Positions 54,270-61,313 of a stretch of 64,000 nucleotides of DNA are shown piece after piece. The notes under the pieces were generated by a model. That model was not told the DNA's origin. It did no database searches and worked only from the letters and a program-made list of their open reading frames with translations. The DNA lies in IMG/VR virus record IMGVR_UViG_3300045988_160394, positions 199,173 to 263,172 of that record, one strand, 5' to 3'. The number at the start of each line of letters is the position of its first letter. Positions within the stretch are counted from its first letter, which is position 1. Source of the DNA: a virus. The position numbers and the translations under genes were made by a program.

Positions 54270-54329
54270 TCGAAACGGTAGAAATACCGTCGTACAGGGA
54301 TGGCTTCCTGTGCCTGATGATGACAAGCC
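54269..54329 (+). ncRNA. Hammerhead ribozyme, type II (open stem II) with loop I pseudoknot
   Basis: Layout: GUC-GAAA; ACGGUA-GAAA-UACCGU (stem III with GNRA loop); C^ (cleavage after C54291); GUACAGG-GAUGGCUU-CCUGUGC (stem I); CUGAUGA; extra U; GAC (pairs with the 5' GUC); AAGCC, which is complementary to GGCUU in loop I. Confidence 0.8.
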
Positions 54330-54363
54330 AAACTATATTTGAATTTAAAGGAGATTGATTGAT

Positions 54364-54921
54364 ATGAAAACAAAATTCACATTAAAAGGATTAGAAATAG
54401 GAAACATTAAGATAGGAGATATCGTTGTTGAAGGCGAATACTTTGTTAAAGAGGCATGGGGTATGAAAAACCTAATTAAAGGAACAGTTGAAGATTTGTT
54501 ACACAACATGCCAAAATATCTTGATCAAGTATCTACAATAAACAACAAGTACGAAGAACTATCTAGAAAAGAATTCTTAAAGAAAGTAGACCATATTCGT
54601 ACTAGAATTAATGGAGCTAAAACTATAGAAGAATTAGATAGTATCTGTAAATGCTATTACGAAATATGTCCATTTAGTATGCATAGTGAAATAGATGCTC
54701 TTCATAACCAAAGATATCATGAGTTAAGAAGATATTCTGATGATGAAATTAAAGAGCTAAAAAAAGAAATAGAGTCTTCAGGTACAATTACAGGTATTGC
54801 AAGACTTATCAATATTGTTAAGAGTGAAGTTATTCCTGATAAATATAGAGACGAATTGTTAGCTATGGTTGACAGGAAACACTCAGAAATATTATTTAAA
54901 TATACAACAAGTATGAATTAG
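54364..54921 (+). CDS. Hypothetical early protein (185 aa)
   Basis: ATG lies after AAAGGAGATTGATTGAT. The TAG stop overlaps the start of the next ribozyme. Confidence 0.6.
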   Translation: MKTKFTLKGLEIGNIKIGDIVVEGEYFVKEAWGMKNLIKGTVEDLLHNMPKYLDQVSTINNKYEELSRKEFLKKVDHIRTRINGAKTIEELDSICKCYYEICPFSMHSEIDALHNQRYHELRRYSDDEIKELKKEIESSGTITGIARLINIVKSEVIPDKYRDELLAMVDRKHSEILFKYTTSMN

Positions 54922-54986
54922 TCGAAACGGTATAGAAATATGCCGTCGTGTAGAGATAGCCTACTACACCTGATGATGACAGGCTA
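54921..54986 (+). ncRNA. Hammerhead ribozyme, type II with loop I pseudoknot (second copy)
   Basis: Layout: GUC-GAAA; ACGGUAUA-GAAA-UAUGCCGU (stem III, 2 bp longer than copy 1); C^ (cleavage after C54947); GUGUAG-AGAUAGCCUA-CUACAC (stem I); CUGAUGA; extra U; GAC; AGGCUA, which is complementary to UAGCCU in loop I. Stems I and III and the pseudoknot all covary relative to 54269..54329. Confidence 0.8.
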
Positions 54987-55019
54987 AATAATATTTTAAT
55001 TTAAAGGAGATTGATTAAT

Positions 55020-55280
55020 ATGACAAATTGGAAAATTACAAAAATAACAACAGGAGTAGCAACTGAAGAAGAGGTAAAAGGATGGGAAGAAATAGAAAAT
55101 GATGACATCTGTCCTGTATGTGGATCAAAAATGATTGATGATGAAGAAGAACAATTATTACAACATACTGAATGTCCTATATGTGGTTACTTTGAAAACA
55201 TCTACGGTAATGCTATAGATTTCTATGGTAAAGAATGTTTCGAAGAAAAGAAAAAAGAAATAGGTCTTTTAAATGAATAA
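55020..55280 (+). CDS. Hypothetical early zinc-ribbon protein (86 aa)
   Basis: ATG lies after AAAGGAGATTGATTAAT. Motif CPVCGSKM...ECPICGY. TAA stop. Confidence 0.6.
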   Translation: MTNWKITKITTGVATEEEVKGWEEIENDDICPVCGSKMIDDEEEQLLQHTECPICGYFENIYGNAIDFYGKECFEEKKKEIGLLNE

Positions 55281-55297
55281 TTAGGGAGTTCTCTCCC

Positions 55298-55356
55298 TTC
55301 TTCTAATGTAGCCAATGACGGTCACAAGCCCGTATAAGAAATACAGAGTGGAAGAA
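55298..55356 (+). ncRNA. Twister ribozyme (P1-type arrangement)
   Basis: Sequence: UUCUUC U^AA UGUA GCCAAUG ACGG UCACAAGC CCGU AUAAGAAA UACA GA GUG GAAGAA. Pairings: P1 UUCUUC/GAAGAA, P2 UGUA/UACA, P4 ACGG/CCGU, pseudoknot CAC/GUG. Conserved blocks UAA, GCCAAUG, UC.CAAGC and AUAA match the rice twister as I remember it (..CUAACACUGCCAAUGCCGGUCCCAAGCCCGGAUAAAAGUGGAGGGGG..), with compensatory changes in every helix. Predicted cleavage between U55304 and A55305. Preceded by hairpin AGGGAG-UUCU-CUCCCU. Confidence 0.85.
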
Positions 55357-55405
55357 AATAATATTATGGGTTAAGCTTCCCTAAAAAGCATAGGAGGAAA
55401 CAATT

Positions 55406-56248
55406 ATGAAAAATGTAGTATTAGTATTCAAAGGAAATCACGCTTTAGCATTAGACAATGCTGGAACAGTTATTAAGAAGACTTCAACTGGTAGCTTTTT
55501 AGCTAACTTAGAAACTTTAGCAGAAGTTCTTAACACTATCCCTGTAGGAGATGTAGCTCCAGAAGTTACAACTATTCATATCCCTGACTTTATTCAAGGT
55601 ATAGCTTCAGGTACAGCTTTAGATTATATTAGAACTGGTAAGACTAAATCTGGTACACAATTAACTGGTCAAGAAATGCAAGCTTTTAAAGATGTGTATA
55701 AGATGATAGCAGAAAGAATCTATAACGTTAGATTAAGCTTAGCTAAGTTCATACCAAAGACTAATACAGAGTTAATAGCTTTAAGAACAAACGCTTATAA
55801 TGCTTTAACTAATTATGTTGCAAGTACTGGTGGAATGGTAATGGGAGGAATGGCTCCAGCTTCACAAGTAATTGACCCTGATAAAGCTTTAAGAGAAGCA
55901 TTAGATGCTCAAATCATAGAAGCTATTAATAAGGGAGATATGGATAAGATAATGCAATTAAAAGCTATGAGAGATACATTAAAGCAACCAACTATGGTTC
56001 AAGGTACTGCTCCTGTAGCTCAACCAACTAATAGTTATGTGCCTACACCAAACTTTGGAATGGAAAGCACTACAGCTCCAACAGAAAATAATACTGCTGT
56101 TGCACAAGATAGTAATAACCAACCAATAGCTACACCTGAAGAAACTCAACAACAAGCTCAAGCTCCAGTAGAAAATGCAGGTACTGATGTTAGTTTCACT
56201 AATACAACTACAACTGATGCAAGTAACATCAACTGGGCTAATGTTTAA
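55406..56248 (+). CDS. Hypothetical early protein (280 aa), Q/T/P/A-rich C-terminal half
   Basis: Intact ORF with RBS AGGAGG and TAA stop. Confidence 0.65.
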   Translation: MKNVVLVFKGNHALALDNAGTVIKKTSTGSFLANLETLAEVLNTIPVGDVAPEVTTIHIPDFIQGIASGTALDYIRTGKTKSGTQLTGQEMQAFKDVYKMIAERIYNVRLSLAKFIPKTNTELIALRTNAYNALTNYVASTGGMVMGGMAPASQVIDPDKALREALDAQIIEAINKGDMDKIMQLKAMRDTLKQPTMVQGTAPVAQPTNSYVPTPNFGMESTTAPTENNTAVAQDSNNQPIATPEETQQQAQAPVENAGTDVSFTNTTTTDASNINWANV

Positions 56249-56261
56249 TTAATAGCTAATA

Positions 56262-56294
56262 AAGCCTCTATTAATATAGGGGCTTCTTTATATT
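56262..56294 (+). terminator. Rho-independent-type terminator
   Basis: AAGCCUCU-(8 nt)-AGGGGCUU followed by CUUUAUAUU. Confidence 0.55.
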
Positions 56295-56335
56295 ATCAAA
56301 AATAAAATTATAAGAAGAAAAAGGAGACGATTGAA

Positions 56336-57097
56336 ATGAAAATTATAAAAGGATCACAAAAAATGTTAGAGGAATTACAAGCAAACTTATTTAATATGTT
56401 ATCAGAAGAAGGACATGAATTAAACGGAAGTGAAGCAGACGGATATGCATTAAAGATAGACGAGGAAGTATTTAATGATAACCAAAGAAGAATAATTGAA
56501 GTAGCTATGAAAGCTAGAATAAACGCAGGAGTATTAGATCCATCAGCTTATACAATAGATGAAGAATTAGTTAAGAATAGTTTCTCATTAATAGCTGACT
56601 CTCAAGAAAAGATGGAAATAATCCAAACAGATATATTAAGAGGAGCTAAGATACCAGAAGAAAATATAGTAATATTATTACAACCATGGGCTCCAGAAAT
56701 GTATAGTACATTCTCATACTTAGTAATAGCATTTGGTTTAAGTAACGATCAAATGAAGGCAGTACAATTATCAGCTAAAGCAGCTAAGACTGGATTAAAG
56801 ATAACACAAGCTACTAAGAAAGCAGCTATGATAGCAGGTTCTACTGGTAATGTTGTAAACAGAGTAGGTAGAGAAGTAACTTTAGCTGGTGTTGAAATAG
56901 GAGCTACTATTGGTGCAGGTATGGTTAAGACTGGTATAGAAGCAGCTGCATGTGCTGTTAATATAGGCATTAGAGATCTTAATCCTAGAGAGTTAGCTAA
57001 AGGAGAAAATGTACAAAGATTAGGTAAAACAATTAAAAGTTTATTTAAGAAGAACGGTGAATCACAACAAATAACTAATGGATTTGCTGCTCTATAG
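56336..57097 (+). CDS. Hypothetical protein (253 aa) with Gly/Ala-rich hydrophobic C-terminal region
   Basis: Intact ORF with RBS AAAGGAG and TAG stop. Confidence 0.65.
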   Translation: MKIIKGSQKMLEELQANLFNMLSEEGHELNGSEADGYALKIDEEVFNDNQRRIIEVAMKARINAGVLDPSAYTIDEELVKNSFSLIADSQEKMEIIQTDILRGAKIPEENIVILLQPWAPEMYSTFSYLVIAFGLSNDQMKAVQLSAKAAKTGLKITQATKKAAMIAGSTGNVVNRVGREVTLAGVEIGATIGAGMVKTGIEAAACAVNIGIRDLNPRELAKGENVQRLGKTIKSLFKKNGESQQITNGFAAL

Positions 57098-57105
57098 TTT
57101 ACATA

Positions 57106-57131
57106 AGAGAGTCTATATGGCTCTCTTTTTA
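57106..57131 (+). terminator. Rho-independent terminator
   Basis: AGAGAGUC-UAUAU-GGCUCUCU followed by UUUUU. Confidence 0.65.
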
Positions 57132-57161
57132 TTATTATTAATATAAGGGAGATTGATTGAT

Positions 57162-57308
57162 ATGGATAGAATAATTAATAGCAGATTAACGCTTATAAAG
57201 AAAATAGATAAGGCATGGGATGATAAACGTGACTTATATGGAGTTAAATATGATGTAGATAAAGGTTATATCGCCTATAGAAATGCAATAATGAATCTAT
57301 TATATTAG
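57162..57308 (+). CDS. Small hypothetical protein (48 aa)
   Basis: Below the track cutoff. ATG lies after AAGGGAGATTGATTGAT, the same initiation module as the ribozyme-flanked genes. TAG stop. Confidence 0.45.
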   Translation: MDRIINSRLTLIKKIDKAWDDKRDLYGVKYDVDKGYIAYRNAIMNLLY

Positions 57309-57515
57309 GTGATATATGTGATTAATATAGATATAAAATCTAAGAATAGAAAAGAATTAATTAAAGCATATAAAAGAGCTTTACATATGATAAAAGAGTA
57401 TGAATATGGTCTTAATAGCTTAACAGCTAAAGAAATAGATACAATAAATGATATAAAGAAACAAATAAGAGATGAAATAGCTATAAAAGATTGTATAAAT
57501 AAAGGTGCTTATTAA
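57309..57515 (+). CDS. Small hypothetical protein (68 aa)
   Basis: Track ORF with a GTG start abutting the previous stop (TAGGTG). TAA stop. Confidence 0.4.
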   Translation: MIYVINIDIKSKNRKELIKAYKRALHMIKEYEYGLNSLTAKEIDTINDIKKQIRDEIAIKDCINKGAY

Positions 57516-57561
57516 TAGAATTGTTATTTGAAAATTATATATTTGAGAGGAGATTAATAAT

Positions 57562-57720
57562 ATGAGTAAAGAAGCATTACAATTAGTTAATAGAATAGCA
57601 GGATTAAAGGATGATTTTGTTATAGACAAGATAATATGTGCAGCAATAGAACAAGGTTTAGATGTTAGTCCTGAAGCTGGTATAGAAGAAGATATGGATG
57701 AGATAGTATTAGAGTTATAG
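57562..57720 (+). CDS. Small hypothetical acidic protein (52 aa)
   Basis: Below the track cutoff. ATG lies after GAGAGGAGATTAATAAT. TAG stop. Confidence 0.45.
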   Translation: MSKEALQLVNRIAGLKDDFVIDKIICAAIEQGLDVSPEAGIEEDMDEIVLEL

Positions 57721-58075
57721 AGTATATATAAGGGAGGGGCGTAAGCCCCGACCGATTTAAAAAGTATTTATATCTACGAGCTAATATATATATTGCGAGC
57801 GTCAGCGAGCAACCATATAACATTATATATTATTACTCAGAAATAGAAATATCTTTTAGAAATATAACTATTTTTGCTTATATTTTTATCTACTTATTGT
57901 GATATGAAGTTTATTACAACTAAACTTTTACGAAAAAAGTGTTTAACTTTTACGTACTTTTGTTTGGTATTACTAAACTTTTACCCTTTTTCTGCTTTTT
58001 TAGTTACCCTCGTTTTAAATAATATTATTGAAATTTATTATTTTGTCGAGGAGGAACTACCCCCGCCCGTATGTT
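57721..58075 (+). other. Noncoding region: two GC-rich structured ends flanking an AT-rich core with direct repeats
   Basis: Left end: GGGGC-GUAA-GCCCC (GNRA hairpin) and GCGAGC-GUCA-GCGAGC. Right end: UAGUUACCCUCG-(34 nt)-CGAGGAGGAACUA hairpin, then CCCCCGCCCG. Track ORF 57874..58077 has no RBS and is low-complexity. Confidence 0.5.
57919..57985 (+). repeat. Three direct repeats (A/G)(C/T)T(A/T)AACTTTTAC(G/C) in the AT-rich noncoding core
   Basis: ACTAAACTTTTACG (57919-57932), GTTTAACTTTTACG (57941-57954) and ACTAAACTTTTACC (57972-57985), spaced 22 and 31 nt start to start. Confidence 0.6.
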
Positions 58076-58271
58076 AAAGTCATATATGGAAATAAGGATG
58101 AAAGTTCCGTTTTGAAGAAATGAGCTATATCAAGGGATAAGAAGGCACTTTTCAGCATAAATACTATAAAAACCGCTATTTTAGGTATAAATGTCTAATA
58201 AGTAAATAAAACAAAAACAAATATAATTACATACGTATATCTATGTATATACACATAAGGAGGTAAATAAA

Positions 58272-58877
58272 ATGATTGAAAACCTATATTATGAATGTCA
58301 ATATTGGGTTAAAGTAAGAAAAGAGAAATTAAAGATATTTAAATGGATATTATCAAGTCAACATGGTTTAGATTATAGAGCAAAGAGATTAGATGAAAAA
58401 GATTTATTCTTGTGTAGAAATGTACAAAGTGATGAAAATAAAGTAGAAATATTGATAATAAGTGCATGGATAAGAGTAGACAGAGAATATTTAGAAGTAA
58501 TTAAACCAGAAGGTAAAGCATACATAACATATGTATTAAAGAACTTTAAAGATAGTATAAAGTTAAACCATTATTATGAGATAGTAGCAGAAGGTACTAA
58601 TGGATATTATATAATTGATGAAGATGGAGATCTAATATATTATGATAGTGATTGTTTAACCATAATAAAAGATGATAAAAGTAATGAGTATAAGTTAATA
58701 GACATAATAAAGAAGAATATATCTGATATAGAGTTTAGTACAATAGATAATAATAATAAGTTTATGTTAGATAAAGATAATAGATTAATAATATACTTAC
58801 CAGAAGAGATAAGTAGTAAATGTAATAAGAAGAGATTAGTAATAGATTTAAATAGTATATGTGTAATAGATAAATAA
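58272..58877 (+). CDS. Hypothetical protein (201 aa)
   Basis: Intact ORF with RBS AAGGAGG and TAA stop. Confidence 0.6.
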   Translation: MIENLYYECQYWVKVRKEKLKIFKWILSSQHGLDYRAKRLDEKDLFLCRNVQSDENKVEILIISAWIRVDREYLEVIKPEGKAYITYVLKNFKDSIKLNHYYEIVAEGTNGYYIIDEDGDLIYYDSDCLTIIKDDKSNEYKLIDIIKKNISDIEFSTIDNNNKFMLDKDNRLIIYLPEEISSKCNKKRLVIDLNSICVIDK

Positions 58878-58901
58878 GAGTTCGAGTCTTTAAGGCTAAA
58901 C

Positions 58902-58918
58902 AATAGGAGCCAATTTAA
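58902..58918 (+). promoter_or_regulatory. Motif AATAGGAGCCAATTTAA (copy 1), 40 nt upstream of the next start codon
   Basis: A 17-mer repeated at 60080-60096 with one R difference. It is not the RBS; the real RBS GAAGGAGAG follows downstream. Confidence 0.35.
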
Positions 58919-58957
58919 TATAAGTATAGACAATAAAGAGAAGGAGAGAAAAAAGAA

Positions 58958-59377
58958 ATGAAGAATGTAATAAGTAATGAGAGATTAATAGAGCTATTAG
59001 AAGAAGGATATTATCCAGTAAATATAGATAAAGGAACAACAGGTATATTTGTTAATATAGAAGAAGAAATAACATATTTAGTATTAAGTGATGAAGTTAC
59101 TATACAAATAAAGAATGAAGAGAGTATAAGATCTACTAATAATAAAGATATAGAAGAATTTAAAGAATGGATGGAAGGATATTGGAATACATATAGTTAT
59201 AGAGAGTTTATAGAATCAATAAGAGAATTTAGAGAGAATACAGAATATTATGAAGAGAATGTAGAATTTATAATAAACTGTTTAGAAAAAGATGATTGGG
59301 ATAAATTAAATCTTTTTATAGATTTAGCAATGAATGATAATTTAAGTTTACCTATATCTAGAATAATAGAAGATTAA
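58958..59377 (+). CDS. Hypothetical acidic protein (139 aa)
   Basis: Intact ORF with RBS GAAGGAGAG and TAA stop. Confidence 0.6.
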   Translation: MKNVISNERLIELLEEGYYPVNIDKGTTGIFVNIEEEITYLVLSDEVTIQIKNEESIRSTNNKDIEEFKEWMEGYWNTYSYREFIESIREFRENTEYYEENVEFIINCLEKDDWDKLNLFIDLAMNDNLSLPISRIIED

Positions 59378-59410
59378 TATATATATTATTATAAATTAGG
59401 AGGATTAATT

Positions 59411-59569
59411 ATGATAAAGAAAATAAAAGCACACATAACAGGAACACTTAATAAAGGAAATATGTTATATGGATTAGCAGGAGCTATAGAAGCTATTAAT
59501 GATTTAACAGATAAAGTTAATGAGTTAGTAGATGCAGTTAATGAATTAAAGAAAGAAAAGGAGAGCTAA
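59411..59569 (+). CDS. Small hypothetical protein (52 aa)
   Basis: Below the track cutoff. ATG lies after AGGAGG. TAA stop. Confidence 0.45.
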   Translation: MIKKIKAHITGTLNKGNMLYGLAGAIEAINDLTDKVNELVDAVNELKKEKES

Positions 59570-59573
59570 TAAT

Positions 59574-59756
59574 ATGTATAAGTATTTTGTAGCATATGAT
59601 GCTGTAGATCAATATGCAAACTTTAAAGGTAATTGTTGTGTTGATATAGAGCATAAGATAGGATCAGAAGATATTAAAAAGATAGAAAAAGAATTGGCCC
59701 AAAAGTTATCAGTAACAAAGATAATTATTAATAACTTTATATTAATAGATAATTAG
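59574..59756 (+). CDS. Small hypothetical protein (60 aa)
   Basis: Track ORF with RBS AAAGGAGAG and TAG stop. Confidence 0.5.
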   Translation: MYKYFVAYDAVDQYANFKGNCCVDIEHKIGSEDIKKIEKELAQKLSVTKIIINNFILIDN

Positions 59757-59766
59757 AAAGAGAGTT

Positions 59767-60054
59767 GTGATATATATGAGATGTAATATAGAATCAATAG
59801 ATAGAAATATAACTGTAGGAGATTTAATATTATATAGAAATAATAAAGTTATAATTGAAAATGATAATAGAAAATGCTTAATTGTATTCAAAAGTATTAA
59901 AAATACAGTTATAGAACTATTAGATATAGAAACTATGGATATAATAGCGGAGTTTCAAAGTGTTATGGATATAATTAAAGACCCTAATTATATTAAGTTA
60001 ATATGTAGAGGAGAAGAATTAGAATTAAAGAGAATAGAAGAGCTAACATCTTAG
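59767..60054 (+). CDS. Hypothetical protein (95 aa), paralog of 63360..63617
   Basis: Track ORF; an ATG at 59776 is an alternative start. Shared pattern: ITVGDLILYRNNKVI...ELLDIETMDIIAEF vs NIGLGDIVRYNNVID...RLVNLETGLTVDSF. Confidence 0.5.
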   Translation: MIYMRCNIESIDRNITVGDLILYRNNKVIIENDNRKCLIVFKSIKNTVIELLDIETMDIIAEFQSVMDIIKDPNYIKLICRGEELELKRIEELTS

Positions 60055-60079
60055 TTAGCTCGTTTCTTTATGTTTAAAA

Positions 60080-60096
60080 AATAGGAGCCGATTTAA
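60080..60096 (+). promoter_or_regulatory. Motif AATAGGAGCCGATTTAA (copy 2), 59 nt upstream of the next start codon; degenerate third copy at 60103-60119
   Basis: Matches 58902-58918 at 16 of 17 positions. AATAGGAGTGTATTAAA follows 7 nt later. Confidence 0.35.
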
Positions 60097-60154
60097 ATGA
60101 TGAATAGGAGTGTATTAAATATAAAAAACAAGTAAAAGAGAGGTTTAAATTGTA

Positions 60155-60406
60155 ATGAGTGAACATAAGTGTATTAATAAATTTGATAATGATAGATTAG
60201 GTTTATATAAAATAGCATTAAGAAAGTATGATGAATTATATTGTAAGTATGATATTTATATAATAAAAGATAAAGATGATGAAGAATTATATTGCTTAAT
60301 GAGTAGAGATAGATCTGATAAAACATTGTTCTGGAATATTTATAAAGAACTAAAAACACAAGCAACTTTAATAGAATATGTATTAAAAAAGAATGGAGTG
60401 ATCTAG
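60155..60406 (+). CDS. Hypothetical protein (83 aa)
   Basis: Track ORF with RBS AGAGAGG and TAG stop. Confidence 0.5.
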   Translation: MSEHKCINKFDNDRLGLYKIALRKYDELYCKYDIYIIKDKDDEELYCLMSRDRSDKTLFWNIYKELKTQATLIEYVLKKNGVI

Positions 60407-61102
60407 ATGTTAACCAGAGATTATTCTTATTATGAAGTATTGAAAGAGATTAGGTTTAATAGATCAGCTTATAAATATGCAAAAGGAGATATAATAAGAG
60501 TAAATTTTAATATATATCGTGAAAAAGTAATAGATACAACTGTATTGAATAGATATTATAGAGATCAGATATGGGGAATAGATGATCAGAAAGAATTCTT
60601 TAATCAATTAGATAAGAAGGCTATAAAGATAACTAATATATTAGACTATCCATTAGTTATGAAAGATATTAAAGAGATAGCTCTTAAAAGATTAGATTAT
60701 AAAGATAAAAAGTTAGGTTATTACAAAGCATTAAATATAATGAATCAAGCAATAGATAATATAGCTAAAGAAAAGGGCCCTCGTTGTAAATTAAAAGCTT
60801 ATGATGATGAAACTATAGGATGTAAAGTTACTACAAGTGATTGTGGTTTATGTACATTATTTAGAGATTTAGACTCAAATCGTCATGATATAGAAGATTA
60901 TCCGTGTCCTTTTGATAAAAGTGCAGATGCCTATATAGATAACATAGAAGATAGAATAAAATCTATGAAGTATATTAAATATGAATGGCAAGGCTGTTAT
61001 TACAGATGTAAATTAAAGAATGGGTTAACCATAGAAAAAGGCAGAAATATTATAGATAATTATAAAGATAAAATATATAAACAAATAAACAAGGAGAAAT
61101 AA
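60407..61102 (+). CDS. Cys-rich hypothetical protein (231 aa), paralog of 62698..63348
   Basis: Shared blocks: YPLVMKDIKEIALKRLDYKDKKLGYYKALNIMNQAIDNIAKEKG / CGLC / YPCPFD / CYYRCKL versus YPIVLEDIKEFNKYRLDYNDKRMGYLRALNLANERLDEIINEKG / CGMC / YPCPFD / CYKRCKL. Confidence 0.65.
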   Translation: MLTRDYSYYEVLKEIRFNRSAYKYAKGDIIRVNFNIYREKVIDTTVLNRYYRDQIWGIDDQKEFFNQLDKKAIKITNILDYPLVMKDIKEIALKRLDYKDKKLGYYKALNIMNQAIDNIAKEKGPRCKLKAYDDETIGCKVTTSDCGLCTLFRDLDSNRHDIEDYPCPFDKSADAYIDNIEDRIKSMKYIKYEWQGCYYRCKLKNGLTIEKGRNIIDNYKDKIYKQINKEK

Positions 61103-61105
61103 AAT

Positions 61106-61297
61106 ATGTTATATACAACAGTTAAATGTGATTGTGGAAGATATGCATCAGCTGATGATTTAATGGAATCAGAGGCTAGTAGTATAATCATTTGCCCAGA
61201 ATGTTCAGCAACTTGCCCTAATTGTGGTAGAATAATTTGTGAAGATGAAATACTATGGAATACAAAGAAATGTCCAATGTGTGATCCAGATTATTAA
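61106..61297 (+). CDS. Small zinc-ribbon protein (63 aa)
   Basis: Motifs CDCG...CPECSATCPNCG...CPMC. RBS AAGGAG. Confidence 0.55.
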   Translation: MLYTTVKCDCGRYASADDLMESEASSIIICPECSATCPNCGRIICEDEILWNTKKCPMCDPDY

Positions 61298-61313
61298 AAA
61301 GGAGAGATTTAAT

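Noticed and set aside
53731-55405. CRISPR-like array, because similar 60-100 nt elements recur at about 650-nt intervals
   Set aside because: The repeats are ribozymes with conserved catalytic cores. The intervening sequences are RBS-preceded ORFs of unequal length, not spacers.
57874-58077. 67-aa track ORF in the 57.7-58.3 kb spacer
   Set aside because: It has a TTG-type start without an RBS and a low-complexity hydrophobic translation. It spans the direct repeats and hairpins, so the region is better explained as noncoding.
58875-58900. Possible tRNA T-arm (GAGTTCGAGTC)
   Set aside because: No acceptor, D or anticodon arms can be drawn around it. I found no cloverleaf anywhere in the window, so there is no suppressor tRNA here.
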